A stretch of 64,000 nucleotides of DNA, from positions 6,196,792 through 6,260,791 of the forward strand of contig MU058384.1 in assembly GCA_013265495.1 (NCBI GenBank), in the 5' to 3' direction. The notes below the pieces were generated by a model. The model was given only the letters and a program-made list of their open reading frames with translations. It was not told where the DNA came from and did no database searches. A program made the translations under genes and the position numbers. The stretch is from Vicugna vicugna (lineage: Eukaryota). Of the stretch, positions 1-15,750 are shown in pieces (position 1 is the stretch's first letter; each line of letters begins with the position of its first letter).

Positions 1-950
1 CAAACAGCTGAAATCTGTAATCGTGTTCCACACATGGCTCTTCTTCAGACTAAACTCTGGTTCCTCCCTCTAACTGTCCCTTTTATGTGATTTCCATAGC
101 CTAAACCCTTCTGGCCACTTTGCTGGACACAAGATGCTTCAAACATGTCACAGCTCCTGTAGGAATGAGGTGCTCAGAACTGAGCAATGTACTCTGGATT
201 TCCCAGCCTGACCCAGGAACCTACTGTGCCCTCCCCTCTCCATTTAGATTTTCTGCTATCAACATGATGGCTGGTCGTGTCACAGGGCTGGAAGCCAAGT
301 GCATCATTTGGGACACGCCGTTCACTTCCATGTTCTGAATACTGGACTCTCCTTTCACCCTGCCAGGGTTTCTCTGTTTCTTGATTCAATCAGTTCACAT
401 ACAAACTCTTCTCTGAATTTTGCGTTACCCACACATTTGCTAAGTATGGTATTATTTATTCATCCAACTCAGAAACAAAACTAAAGAACAGAATAGTACA
501 AAGATTTAGCCCCACCTTACTAGCGATCATCTTCCAGTTCACATTATTTTATTAATTTACATTTATGGCACATGGTATTCAACTAGTTACATCTATTCAA
601 CTCTATTATCTACATTAACAAGTCAGCATTTCATTGTTCAGATCAAACAACACAAGGGAGACACAATTTTCAGGAGCTTTCTCTTGTGTTTTGATGTATT
701 TAAATTATGTTTATTATCTAGAATGGCCTAAAAGACTTACAAACATGCATTCACTGTATAAACAGTATGGTTTTATTTTTGCCATCATCTCCTCTCCTTA
801 CTTTGCCACCAACAGAGTGCTGTCTTTTTTTAAAATTTGGAATTCAAATGACATTCCCATGGGGTTTGTCAGGGGTTATGAGGAGAGAAGGGTAAAGGTA
901 GAATCTTCTGGTTATTCTGAGAAGCAGCAACTCCCATCCTCCACCCCAAA

Positions 951-982
951 ACACACACACACACACACACACCACACACACA
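951..982. repeat. Interrupted (AC)n microsatellite
   Basis: Read directly from the sequence. Confidence 0.9.
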
Positions 983-1100
983 GTGAATTGTTAGGTCCCT
1001 TCAAACTCTAAAATAGTCTGGGAATTAAAACACTTTTGTATTTGTTATGCTATTAGAACTCCATCCTCAATACACATAGGAACTGCAAAGACACCGCTTA

Positions 1101-1316
<216 letters not shown>

Positions 1317-3425
1317 CTATATCAGAAATGAAGAGAGAGATGGATATCAACACGGATCCTTTGTTTCAGAATTGATCATCCATCCATTCATTCACTCATT
1401 CATTCATTCCACAAACATTTATTGAATAACTTTTGGATGTTGGGTTCTGGGCTAAAAATTAGCGATGTGACAGTGAAAAGTGGGTCTCTATCCTTATTGA
1501 TCCTAGCATCTGGCACAGTGGACACCAATCACCCGAGGAGCTTTGACGACACCCCAGCCTGGGTCCTACTCCAGAAGACTGATACTATAGGCCTTGAGGA
1601 GAAGTCCAGCTCTACCAGCCCAGAGATACAAATCTCAAATTCCGTGGCTGTCTGAAAATGCTTAGCTTCCTAATAATCACAATCATCACCACTGTGAAAC
1701 AGTAATAATGACATTATCACATACAGCTATGGAAATGTATAGAATTTGTTTTTATCATTAGTGCTCAAGCTATCAGAAATACTTAATTTTGTAAAAAGGG
1801 GTTAAGAGTTTTGTTTAAAATCCTAGAGCTTGATAGAGCATGGTTGAAAACTACATTGATTAGAAAAAGAGAAGAGGTAAGCATACCAATTTCTTACTTA
1901 AAAAGCCCTCCCTTTCGTGATAAAACAAGATCACATAAGTTTATCAAAAAAGAAAGTTTCTTATTTAAATCATATTTCAGAATATTGGGAGTACATATAG
2001 AGGTGGATAATTTTTTAAATCATAATTTAAATAAAGAGATCATCACAAAAAAAAGGATTCATCTCTCATTGTTTAAACTTTTTAAGCTATAAGACTATTA
2101 GTAATCTTATCAATTTTAAAATGATTTTAATAATACCCTTTAAGAGGGAAATGACACACCTGAATGATAAAAGTTCATTCATATTTCCCAAAGGATATTT
2201 ATTCTAAAGTTAAATTGATTACCTACAATTGATTTTTAATAGAATAGCTATTTGTTTGATTTTACAAAATTGTCTTCTGTAAAGTGTTAGAGTGAAATTA
2301 GGAAACCTGAGTTGTCTGCCTAGAACTCCGGACAAGTCAGTAGCCTGCAGGAGCCTATTTCTTATTTGGAAATGAAAGACTTCCACATCTAAGCTCCATT
2401 TGGTTCTAGCATTATTATTGTGTATGGTTCTATGTGGTTTTGTTCTTTTGTAGTTACTGAGTATCTACTGAGCATCTATTATGTGCCCCAAGGCTAACTA
2501 GGCACTGGGGATACAGACACACAACCCACCCTCACAATGTGTATGGTGTGTGTAACATATATACTACAGATGAAACCTTTATTACTACATTGTACTCTCT
2601 GAATATAGGTGAATATACACATCTATAGTATGCACAAATATAGTTAGCTTTATCAATTTTAGTTTCCAGTTTATACTCCTCAAACATCTTTCTGTCTAAA
2701 AAAAGAGACACAAAGAAACAAAAAAACCCTGGGAGAAGAATCTTATGTGACCTCATAACTAATCCTAGGATCGTATTGACCTGAAATTGATCCTAATAAG
2801 AGAAAATCAAGGTTTATTATACCAAGAAGCACATCCAAGATCTTAGTTTTGAAGTCACAGGTTTTGATATCACCTGTAATTTCTGAATGAGTATAAAATG
2901 GTTTAGCTACAACCTACAGAGTATTTGGACTTTTGAAAACCATGGTGTAGTTAACACAATACATGGCAAAGGTATATTTTCATATAACATGCAATTTTTA
3001 AAAGGATAAAATAGACTTGTTGAAGTCTTTGAAATGACATAAAGCACTGTTTAGATTTCTTTTTGATAGGATTCCAGAAAGGTCATGATTGCTAACAACT
3101 CTGCTTCAGTGACGGGGGTCTTCCTTCCACGGCCTCCATCAGTGCCTCTATCTGGTTCTCACTGACAGCGTCCCAGATGAAGAAGGGTAAAAGCACCGTC
3201 CTGCTATTAATTGTGACCAAACAGCCAGGCACAAAGAATCCCTAATTCTTTTGACAATGCTGCACGTTTTATTTTGCAGTTAAGTTTTCCCCCCACTCTC
3301 CCTACTCTAAGAAACTTAAAATTCTGGCTCACGGAGTCCAGCAGGAGCTCTTGGCAATTGATTTTAAAGAAGGATAGTCCCTGACATGAAACATGAAACC
3401 ACAGTTCAAATTGTACCTCTATCTA

Positions 3426-3787
<362 letters not shown>

Positions 3788-5409
3788 CTGTTAAAAACAG
3801 TGAGAAAGTTGTTTTTCAAAGGATGCTCAGCACCAAGGTTGAAGCTCTTTCCGTCTCGCCATTTGATCAGGCTGTGGCCAGAAGATGGCAGCATCTGCCC
3901 ATTCATCCCACCCTCGCACACCAGGAAATGGCCCCATTTCTACTCAGTGAGATAGAAGCCCAGAAGAGACCCGTTAAAAGGGGCCTGAAAACATGTGGGC
4001 TTATTTAGAGGAATTGAACCAATAATTGGAATCTTAAAATTATTGATAAGAAACTCTCTTTCGAATCTTTACAAGAATCATTGGTGTTCACTCTCAGGCA
4101 TCTCTGTTGTGCATGCTTAAGTACAGAAGCAAAGCTAATCTGAAGATACTCAAAACTTGTTTGGTCTGAACACCTCAGGGAGTTACTATTATTTATTATT
4201 TGTTGAGCAACAACAGAGGGGTTTGATGATTATGATGTCCTGGGAGATCCCTCTAACTTCCTGCTTTTTGCTGGGCCAGTGATACCATGAAAGAACCGTG
4301 TTGATGTTATTTCAAAAGTCCTGGTCTTTCGACACAGCAAATAGCTAACCATCAAAGTCAATAATTCTTGTTGCTATACAAGTTTTTAAATCTTTACACA
4401 GAAATGAATACGGAAAAAAAAGGGAAATAATGAAGATTTTTCATCTCCAATGTACTCTGAAGTCAGAGGAGAATAAAGTTGAGGACCATAAATACACCCA
4501 CACAATTGACCTGACTTAGAGTGTACTCAGCAAAAAGCAGTAAGTTTTCTGGAGAAGATTTCAATTCTTCTTTGGTGTTCTGAGAATCCTTTTCTATCTT
4601 TGAGTAATCTGCAAAGTTTCAATGAAACAGTACATGATTCTAAAGGTGGAGTTTGGCTAGGGCATTTCAACACCTAATGCCTCCTAACCTCAGGGTAAGT
4701 ATGATTCTCCCTTTGGGGCTTCTTTTTCCCCCTCAAATCATTCCAATTATACAGAGTCTGACTGTGTATACACTGCTTATCATTCAAAATCAATTTTGAA
4801 AAATCATTACATTTGAAAACAGGATGCCATACTACAGGTTTTTCAGCTACTATTTGTAATCACTCTAGGGTTTGGGAGAATCAGGTAGTAAAATATTTAA
4901 CTGTCTCATCTCCAGCTTTCCACACTGAGTGTATTAGCTCCTACTGCAGTCTGAGGATAAATTAGTTGGCTCAAGTTTCTTTTAAAATATAAAACTTAGT
5001 GAGTAGCCCCATCAACACAATTTTAGCACATAACTTGAAAGTCCAGGAAAATTCATTTTAAAGGTTCATATGATTTACATATATTATGGGTAATTTTTGA
5101 ATAAATATATTCATAGGTAGGGAAGGACCTTGGAAAGTTAATCTGACTGGAAGCTGCCTGAGGAGGGGGGTTTGGGCCTGCATATATGCTCACTTAAGGC
5201 ACAATCTGGCACAAAGTAACGATTCTTTGTTGAATAAATGGCAGAAGACTAGACAGACAAAGTTCATGACAGAATTGCCACAATTACTTAAATTTTCATA
5301 ACACAAAGTTCTGGTGATAAAAAATAATAATGTTCTAGATGGTAAGGACTGTAAGAAGAGGGCAAGAGAAGAGAATGAAGCGGGAGGAAAGGGGGCAGGG
5401 CATAACCAG

Positions 5410-5970
5410 TGAAGAATGACACAGCTGCCGAGGATAGGACACACTGGTTACAACCAAGATGGCAGCGTATTCAACTTCCAGTAGATCCTGAGCCTCATGG
5501 CACACCCACAGGCACCCTGACAGTTCCCAGGCCGACCATAAAAACTCAAGAAGTGGGTGAGGGAGGCATCTCCTGGAAATCCTTGCCTCTTCCCCAGAGT
5601 AGTTGGAATAACCCTCCTATCCATTAGCATATGAAATTACTGAACCCATGAAACCTAACAACTCCATACCTCGTGGTTGCTCTCTCCCTCTTGCCTTCTG
5701 AGACAGTCCACACTGTATGGAGTGTGTATCTACTTTTACTTTAAACTAAACACCCCAAATACCTCTCAGCTTCTCTCCCTCTCACCTTTCTGAGATGGCC
5801 CACATCCTGCCTATGGAGTGTGTATCTCCTAAGCCGTTTTCCCTTCTGAGTGAGACAGACCGCACCTTGTCTATGGAGTGTGTCTGTCTCTAAATAAACT
5901 TTCTTTCACTTTACCATGACTTGTTCTTGATTCTTTCCTGCACGAGGCAAGAACCTATTCTCCCCCAACA
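5410..5970 (+). mobile_element. Solo LTR, ERV1 class (MER41-like 3' end)
   Basis: TG...CA ends; CATAAAA at ~5537; AATAAA at 5893; 3' end (ctatggagtg...aataaactttctttcacttt...gattctttcctgcacgag..aagaacct...aaca) resembles MER41-type LTRs. The TSD is not clean. Confidence 0.75.
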
Positions 5971-8714
5971 AGAGGATGTTGGAGTCATGGCAGGACGAGC
6001 ATTAAAAAAACGTTCTTTCTCATTTTGACTATTTGTTGAAAGAAGCAGAGCCCAAATTTTAACCAAAGAAGGCATTATGCTTCCAGAAAGTTCTCAGAGA
6101 AAAGTATTGCAAGCAACAGCAGTAGCTGTGGGATTGGGCTCTAAAGGAAAGGCTGAAGAGATTTAACCAGTTAGCTGGAAAGCTAGAAATAAAAGATCTT
6201 CTCCCAGAGCTGCAGCAATCCAGTAGTTCTAGACGACAAGGATTATTTCTTATCAAGAGCTGGTGACATTCTTGGTAAGTATAAAGACCAAATTAAATCA
6301 CTATTGAAATGGCATTACGTGTGCTGATTCCATGGAAGTTCTGAAATCTTTCATCATGTAAATAATTTCCACGTCTCTACTTTATAATAAATTAATGCTA
6401 TAAAAAGGGGGGAGCCTTATGAATTATACTGGTAATTAGAAGTTATTTCTATATTTAATACCCTCTCATTCTAATTTTTAGAGAAATTCCTCTGACATTT
6501 CAAGTATTAACTCGCATGATTAATTTGTACATTTTGCCCCCAAATTTATTTTTTACTCCTGAGGACATCAGTATATCAAACTTATTGGACCGTGAGTTCC
6601 ATATTTAAAGTTATGTTTGAGGTTTTTCCAAATGGAACTTCTCTCTAAATTTATGCCTAGTTAACTGTGCCTGTTGACTCTGGACTCCTGCCCAAGGATT
6701 ACAGTCCAGTGAAAGAAACCTGAACTTCAATCACTTACACTTTTAGAAAAATCTAAATAATTATTTGTCAATTAGTCTTCACTCAGAGCAACTTTGCAAG
6801 AATCATTTTGACCCAAACCTAAAATACTAAAAACCATGTAATGCTTTGGCTTTAACAAATTCCAGTGTAAGAATTCAAACATTTGGAATAATTCTGGCCC
6901 TAACGTTAAATTCTTTAATTCTGTCTCATAAGGCGGCTGCAAACTTGTCACTGATCTTTATCTGTTATAATCCATAATGGTCTTCTCTCACTTTTGTGAG
7001 CCCACACTCCCTGGTGTCTTCTTTCCTGGAAGTTATTTTAACTGAAATAACATTTTATTTAAATGAAGATCATTCTCTTCTTTGGGGCAGTGGTGTGAGC
7101 ATCTGCCTTCTCTGCAGTTGGACAGGAGGTAGTGAAGTGTGTCCATTAGGAGGATTTAAATTTGTATCTTTTAAGGAATTATGTGAAAGCAGCTGCTCCT
7201 ACATATGTTGCAGTATCTACTGAAGGATTTGAGTCTCAAATAAGACTTTTAGGTTAAGAAAAGGAACCCTGAGAGATTAAATACACAAGGGAAAAATGAA
7301 CATAATAGGCTAAAGATGGAGTTACTCTCTTGAGGAATTCTCTTTGTCTGTAGAAGCAGACATGGCTTAATACCAGTTGTGAAGTTCACGGCAATCATTG
7401 CTTGTAAGAAGTCTACTGAAATAAAAAACTGGGTGAGAGTTTCAAAATCAGATGCAGAAGCAGAGTGGATATGCATGTAAGTGTACTGAACGATCTTGAA
7501 AGCTCTTGTTTAGATTTTAATAGTTTCAGTGCCTGTTTGTCTCACTTAAGTTAGTATGAAGCCTTTGAGTTTCTTTGGGCACTTCACCTGGACGTGTACG
7601 CACATATGTGGCACGTACGTGTGTCTGTGCATGAATGAGAATTCAACCAGCTTATATGCAGAGATTAAATCATTTCATTGATTCAGTACATTATTGTTGG
7701 ATACAAAGGTTTATTAGCCTTTGAGTCAAATGGAATTTTTATCACATTCTAAAACACAACTGAAAAACTATAATCACAGAAGAGAAAGTCAATGCCAATA
7801 TTTTCTCAGTTACTATTTCTACCAGAGATCCTGCTGGGTATTTAAAAAATATATTTTATATAGTATCTAATCCAAAATAAAAATTCTTAGCCTACCACAT
7901 GGCTCTGATATGCCAATATTTACATCACACTTGCTAAAGGTATATTCAAAACCATTATAAGCTACTCTCACTTTCTCGTTTTAGTGTTCTGTCAGAGGCC
8001 GGGCGGTAAGTTTATTCCATCTGGCTTTGAATCTGCCACTAAAAAAGCTAGAGGGTCATTTATCTCAAACAATAAATAAAATGAAATAAAAACTCTAAAA
8101 CTTAGATAAAACCACATAAAACTTCCTTTTTTTTTGTCTTTTACAGGTTTGAGAGGACTAATAATCTTAGAATTCTTTTTAGAATGAGCCTCATTGATTT
8201 TACTCAAAAGAAAAACCCACCTAAAAAGTTATCATCATATATGTATAAAAAAGCCAAGTTTCCAAATGGTTACAGTGTGTTTCCTACTATCATGTATATG
8301 TAAAATCATTCTGTACACAAGACAGTAATAAGTAGCAGGACTAATTTAAATCAGGTTTTAGAGAGGTGATTATTATTTCTTATTATCTAAAACTGGAATA
8401 ATTGCCTAAGACTACTGACCTTTCATAGTTTCTGTTAAAGAAAAATAAAAGAACCGTCTTTAAATGGAATTTAAATTTTATTATCTAGTAAAAACAATGA
8501 CTCACTGCAGAAAGAACAAGAAAGAAAATGCTTTTACACAGATTTCCAACACATACTTTTATGGGATATACTGAATAACACATCTTTTACTCATGTCTCA
8601 AATGTAACTAAAACTGGATTTAAGACCTTGTCAATTTTAAAAACTTATTTAAGACACTGACTAACTTGGCTTATCTTGCTCACACATGTCTGTTAATTTC
8701 AGCCTAGAACAGGG

Positions 8715-8935
8715 CAGAGTATGCATTCTGGAGCCAGACAGAATCCAGAGTTTCAAATCCTAACTCAACCACTCAGTAGGTAACCTTAGATGTGATTTTT
8801 AAGCTGGCGGACCTACAGTTTCTTCTCTACAAAAATAATGTGATAAACATATTTATTCAAAAATGTTGTTGCTGATTAATTGATTAATGGAAAGCCCAAT
8901 ATAAAATGCCAAGCACAAGGTAGGGATTCAGTAAT
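8715..8935 (+). mobile_element. MIR SINE relic
   Basis: Matches the MIR core pattern: ctggagccagac...ttcaaatcctaactcaaccact...gtaaccttag...cagtttt. Confidence 0.65.
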
Positions 8936-9816
8936 AATAATCTCCACCTTCATCCATAATGTTTATAAACACTTTTATTTCATGATGAACCCATGAGATT
9001 AAAAAAAAATAAATCTGAATGGGTCATTAAAAAAAACCTATTTCAGCATCATTGTGCTTGACAGAGAAGAACTTCTCAGCGCTCCAGCAACTCAGCTATT
9101 TCAAATTTTATTGTCTGAATGCCTAATAACTTAGATCATACACCTTATTACAGGGCTTACTCAGCCTTCTTGAGGCTATTTTTACTTGGGTCCTTTCAGT
9201 TTGTTGTTACTGCTTTTACTTTCTCTTCATTTGAAGTTGAAATGGAAAGGTAAATTAAGAAAAAAAAGAGAAAATAAACGCAATCAAATCCATCAGAAGT
9301 GCTAAGTAAACAGTTCTTGCACTGTTTTATCCAGAAGGGGAGGAAACAAGAAATAACAATGTCTTGAATTAGGTTTCAGATTACCTACAAGCCTTAATGA
9401 CGCATTCTCCCACCAGGAGTAGTATCTGTGATTACTGTGTGGTCATTAACATAAACAGCATCCTGGTTAGTAACCTGGAAGAGCTAGTCATGATTCCAAC
9501 GGAGGAATGGGTAGTGGGTGAGACACTAAAAGGACCAGGAGGAGTGGATAAGGGTGTAATGTATGGGACGGCAAAGCAGACCTTCCCCTTTCTGGAGACT
9601 TTTTTTTGTTTTAAATATATGCCAGTACATATGTACAATTCATCAACACAACTTAGCTTCCGTTTACATTTGCATATACAGTGTTTCCCCTTGGGAGGAA
9701 CTTTACTGTTCTCTTGAGCTAAATTTCTATCTTTCAGTTTTTTTTTCAGGTTATCAGCACATATAGACATCACATAGGAGTTTTAGTAGTTGGCTCCAAA
9801 TATTCTTACCTTTTTA

Positions 9817-9963
<147 letters not shown>

Positions 9964-12900
9964 TTACTTGAAAAATATTTTAAGGGCATATGGTTGTGGG
10001 GGGCTGTATACATTTTCAACCCCGGAGTCAAAGATTTCCCAATGATCAGAAAAAGGTGCCTTTCCAAAGAGTTATAAAACATACTAAACATGTTGATACA
10101 TCTGTGAATTTATAGGCATTAACAGGCACAGAAAGATGACTTAGATACATTTTCACATAAAGCTATATGTTCATGAGAGGAGGAAGAAGAAAGCAAGCTA
10201 GTTCATAGAACCCAGTTTACATATGCTCCATGCAAAGTCCTTTGGAGAGAGATACTTGGATAGGATACTGAAGAATAGAGCAGACCTGTTAAAAAGAGGA
10301 AAGGACGTCTTTTTAAGAATGACAACAAATAAACTCAGAAGAGAGAGGGAAGCAGGTCTACTGGAAGTTTGTAGGACCTGAACAGACAGTGTTGTCTGGA
10401 AGTGGGACAGGAAGAGCTGGCAGGGCACGGTGGAACCAAAACTTCATTATTAATTGCATTTTGATAAACAGGCAATATTTATTTGAATATGTGTATAGTA
10501 TGATATAACCTGCATTTGACTAGGGATGAAGGGGGACAGGTGGAGGATGACATTAATTCAGTGAATGTAATATATAAATATATAAAAATAAAATACATAC
10601 ATCTAGAAGTTTGGTGAAAGTAAGGAGATTAGTAAGGAGTCAAAGTGATTTAAGTTTTGTTTACAAAAATCAAGAGATTACACAGCAGCAAGGAGCTGAG
10701 AATCAAGACCAGAGTCGGTACTTTATCATAATTAGTTCCAGTTGAAAGCCTGGCATAAAGGGGTATAAGATTTTGAAAAGTAAGGAGAGTTTAGGGATAG
10801 AGCTAGGAAAATAATTCATGCACAAACGTTGTGTTTAACATGATCAAGATGGAATGATCGCTGAAGAACCGCTCGAGATGTGACTCTGGAGATGAAAAAA
10901 CAGAAAATGAGGAAGGGACAACTCAGAATCTGAGACCAGAATGGGTGTTAGCAGGGAGAAGAAAATGGCTTCAAATAAAGCTGACAAGCCTAGAAGGCTA
11001 CTATTGGTTTTGGCTGAGAAGTTGTTTAGGAAGACCTCTGAGGGTGACTCAGGTTGAGTGTCTGGGCCAGGAGCCAGATTAGGGATTTGAGGAGAGAAAA
11101 CCAAACTTGTGTTTTCAATGCTCTAATACATGGCATTTCAAGAAATGTATTTAAACTTGGGGAAATGTCATACTAACTTTCCTTCAATTTATGATAAGAA
11201 AATGCAACCCAGGTCAGGCCGAGCAGTATTTGTATACCCCCTTGAACTTACTCCACTCAGCAAGTAGAAGCCCTTCTTCATTCCACACCTATATTGCAAC
11301 AACCAATTATTCCCCCCTGTACTTTCATAATGCTTTGCAGGGGAAAACTCTAGAGTGTAAATGTATTTGAAGAGAGTGTCAAGCCTCATCTTCTATAGTG
11401 ATGAAAATCTACGTAACAGGAGCTCAGTGCTGAGAAAGAGGTTAAGATGTTGAGCAGAGATAAGATCTGACGTGGGACACAAGATAAAAAGAGGAAAATC
11501 ATAATATCTAGGGTGTCAATGTAATATTCTGTTTACATCTCTTTCTTGGGGATTTCTATGGATTTTATAGTTAGACATTCTCTCTTCTCAGAAATAGAGG
11601 CTTATTATTCACATGCTTGATGGCATCTTGGGATCGGGTCTCCTGGTCAGTGTGACTCCACCTTCAGGTTCATCTGTCTTCCAGCGACAAGATCATTTGG
11701 AACAACACACCCAAAGACCAAATAAATTCCATTTTATTCAACAAGTATCTATTCGTGAACAAGAACAAAAATATCAAGCGCCAATTTTATGTCTCAAGGA
11801 GTTTTGGAACTCAGAGGGATCTCTTGCTCTGTTTCCTTCAATTCTTTTTTCTTATTTCTTTCTGTTGTTGTTTGTGTTTTTGTTGTTGTTATTGAAAGAA
11901 AATCTATGAAGGTGAAATTTTTTAAAAATGCACATTTGCCTTTTCTCTGCAAAAAATTCTCTATTTCTTCTTTCTCTCTTTTGTTACAGGGGGTGGTGGG
12001 GATTGAATAAGCTAAGGACACAGAAAACTTGTAAATACTCTGTCTAGTCATGGGACCATGAACAAAAAGTCTACAGAAATATCAGGAAAAATCAAATGTA
12101 ATTATAGCATGAAAACATATAATTCCATTAGTGACGCTCTATGCTTTTGAGGAATGTTCACTGATGCAAGACAATAAAACTGAGCTGCACAGGCCTCCGT
12201 TATGTTTCTGATGATTACTGCCCTAAAGATATGTATTTCAGACGGGGGTTCAGAAATGCCTTATATAAAAGGTTTGCCTTTTCAAGATGAGCTTGGTTAA
12301 AATTAAAAGTCTTACGATTTGCCTGTTTTTTGGACTTAAGTTTTAGGTAAAATTACTGAGTTTCTCTTGTCCATGCCTCACATTCTTTGCATTTACAGAT
12401 CAGATTTATGGGGATGGGAGAAAACACACTGTTCCTCTTTGATTGCTACTTTCATCGATCCCACGCTTCTGTAGTATGTAACATTCTATGCTACTCAAGC
12501 AGTGATAGGAAAATCCATGAAGAATGCATTTTGTGCATCTGATAGGCATGCAAACAAATATAATTTTTAAAAAAAAGAACAAGAATTCTCCACCAACTAA
12601 GCACAATGCATGGAATGATGAAAACTATATTTGAGCACTCCAATGGAATGCAACCCCACGGCACTGGAAGGGGCTGTACATTTGTTTTTTGAGCTATGGT
12701 GGTTCCACGTCATACACACTCCTACAGCCAGGACTTAGTAAGCATTTTGGCAAAATATTTGTTACCCGGGGAAGTTTTGCTCTGAGGTCTGCCGCGGTGT
12801 GAACTAGCTGTATTTTACTAAGGTTTCCAGAGAGTGAGGTCTGTTGAAAGGGAGGTGTTTCGTCAGCCATGCCAAAGTCTTGGCACAGAAGAGGCAGGGA

Positions 12901-14720
12901 CAGCCATGCCACAAGCCAAGGAAAACCATGCCTGTAAGAGGTGGTGATCTTGTTTCTAAGCGAATGCTGAGTGGGGGCTTTCGTTCAAATGTCTGATTTT
13001 ACTTTTTTTTTTTTGGACCAGCTTCCTAAGTCACTGGGACAGCTATTTCTAAGTGAGCAGATTCCAGGACCCCATTTTTCTAGCTAAACCACCCACAGAT
13101 GTAAGAATCCAGGAAAGATGAGCAGGAATTTGGTGGGGTGGCCTTAGCAAGGTGGTTGTCATGATGGACACCCTCTGCCTTGCCAGACCAGTAGGCGGGA
13201 GATGCTGGAGCCTGCAATCTCATGGTTTTATCAGGCATTTGAGAGTTAAATATACTTCTGGACTGAAGTTTTTATACAGAGGCTTTATACAGAGATGTTT
13301 GCTCGTTTTCATTAGATGCCTGCACAATTATGGGCACCTTATGAGTCAAGAGTTTCTGCCATTTTTTCAGTTTAACTGTAGTGAGTGTTTAGTTTAGGGT
13401 CTGAAAGGAATTGACAATGAAAAGTTGGATAGAGGGAAAAAGTGGGATAATAAGGCACTAGCAGGATTTTGTGGAATCTCTGACACATATTGTACATTCA
13501 GAACAGTTCCAGTAGGTTCACAGTGTCTACAGCAGGGTTTAATATGGGGCAACCTGAACGTCTGCCAATTTACTCTGTGTACTGCTCTATGAAAATACCG
13601 AAACCATTCCCAAGACATTTGTGAGAGAGAGCGAGAAAGAGGTCGGGGGAGAAGGAGGGAGAGAGAGATGATGAAGAGAATGAGTAACTCTTGGCCCTTA
13701 AATATGTGATTCTAAGCCGGATGTGACCAGCGTTAACCAAGTCAGGATCAAGGACCGCACTTCTATCAAAATACTAACGCCTATTAGCCGTGTTAGCACA
13801 GAGCATAAATTGGAGCCAGACTGTCTGTCTATGGGCCTCTGCCCTGCACTGGGCCATCCGCTGGAATTCCTCCTCTAGGGACACACTGTAAAAATATCTC
13901 AGGAGAGGCAGTGATTATGTATTTTTAAAGAAATGGGGGATCTTTTTTTTTTTTTGAAGAACACAGGCTCTTGGAACAGTTACTCCTTTGGGACCTGAAG
14001 CATATTTGGAGATGTGTACACACAGAGGCAGGAGATGCACAAGTTCATCAGGAAAAGGAACACAAACTAGCTCCACCAACCAAGCTGGAAAGAGCTCGAG
14101 GTTTTGTTAGGATACATAAACCCTTTTAACCAGTGACAAGAAATCCCATGGAATTCGAAAAGACAACCTACGGAATGGGAGAAAGCACTTGCAAATGATG
14201 CAACCAACAAGGGCTTATTTTCCAAAATACACAAACAGCTCATAAAGCTCAACATTAAAAAAACAGACAACCCAATCAAAACATGGGCAGATCTAAATAG
14301 ACATTTCACAAACAGATGGCCAACAGGCACATAAAAAGATGTTCAAGATTACTAATTATTAGAGAAATACAAATCAAAACTATAATGAGGTATCAACTCA
14401 CACAGGTCAGAATGGCCATTAAAAAGTCTACAAATGATAAATGCTGGAGATGTGGAGGAAAAGGAACCCTCCTACACTGTTGGTAGAAATGTAAACTGGT
14501 GCAACCACTAAGGAGAACAGTATGGCAGTTCCCTAAAAAATTAAAAATTGAGTTACCATATAATCCAGCAGTCTAACTCCTGGGCATATCTCAGGAGAAA
14601 ACTCTAATTCAAAAAGATATATGCACTCCACTGTTCATAGCAGCACTATTTACAACAGCCAAGACATGGAAGCAATCTAAATGTCCATCAACACATGAAT
14701 GGATAAAAAAAGATGTCGAG

Positions 14721-14721
<1 letters not shown>

Positions 14722-14769
<48 letters not shown>

Positions 14770-14779
14770 CACACACACA
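14722..14779. repeat. Long (AC)n microsatellite inside the L1
   Basis: Read directly from the sequence. Confidence 0.95.
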
Positions 14780-15143
14780 ATGGAATATTATTCAGCCATA
14801 AAAAAGAATGCAATAATGCCATTTGCAGCAACATGGATGGACCTAGAGATTATCATACTAAGTGAACTAAGTCAGACAGAGAAAGACAAATATCACATGA
14901 TATCTCTTATATATGAAATCTAAAAAATGATAGGAATGAACTTATTTACAAAACAGAAACGGACTCACAGACATAGAAAACAAACTTATGGCTACCAAAG
15001 GGGATGCAGGAGGGATTTTTTAGGAGCCTGGGATTAACATATACACACTACGATATATAAAATAGATGAGCAACAGGAATTTACTATATAGCACAGGGGA
15101 TTATATTCATTATCTTATAATAACCTATAATGGAAAAGAATCT

Positions 15144-15196
15144 GATAAAGTCTGTGTGTGTGTGTGTGTGTGTGTATACACACACACATGAAAAAG

Positions 15197-15238
<42 letters not shown>
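15144..15238. repeat. (TG)n followed by (TCTA)n microsatellites in the L1 3' UTR
   Basis: Read directly from the sequence. Confidence 0.93.
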
Positions 15239-15239
<1 letters not shown>

Positions 15240-15414
15240 GAATCACTTTGCTGTACACCTGACACTAACACAACATTGCAAATCAACTATACTTCAATCA
15301 AAAAAAAGTGACTGGGAATTCAGTCATGAATTAGAAGAGAAATTTTATAACTGAGTTGTCTTTAATAGGCAGTAAGCTGAAATGTTCTCAGGCAGAATTG
15401 GAGAATGGTTTCAG

Positions 15415-15750
15415 GAACATTCATTTATTTAGCACATATTTATTGTCTACTATGTGTCAGACATATTCAAATTCTGGGCAGAGAGTAGAGAATCAAGTAA
15501 GCAAAGTCCCTGCCCTTATGGGATTTAGATGATTACTAGATGAGCCACCTGATAAATGAATGGACAAAAAAACATTTCAGGTGCTGAAAAAGATCAGTCA
15601 GCAGATACAGAAGTCTATGGGGATGGATGGTGATAGCTCATTTTTAAAAAGTACAGGGAACCTCAGGAGGTGAGAGTGGAGGGTAAGAGACCTGAAAAAG
15701 GGAGGGAACTAGCCTTGCATGGTAGTGGTGTGGTTGGGAAATAGGCAGAG
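15415..15750 (-). mobile_element. L2 3'-end relic
   Basis: cattcatttatttagcacatatttattgtctactatgtgtcag...aaagtccctgccctt pattern. Confidence 0.6.

Larger units (their letters stand above)
14156..15307 (+). mobile_element. 5'-truncated L1 (ORF2 C-terminus, 3' UTR and A-tail)
   Basis: ORF2-end peptide MEYYSAIKKNAIMPFAATWMDLEIIILSE; L1MA9-like laurasiatherian 3' UTR. Confidence 0.93.

Noticed and set aside
5570..5579. STAT1 GAS site in the MER41-like LTR
   Set aside because: CTCCTGGAA does not match TTCNNNGAA.
5681..5890. CRISPR-like repeat-spacer array
   Set aside because: The context is a eukaryotic LTR, the repeats are diverged and irregularly spaced, and there are no cas genes.
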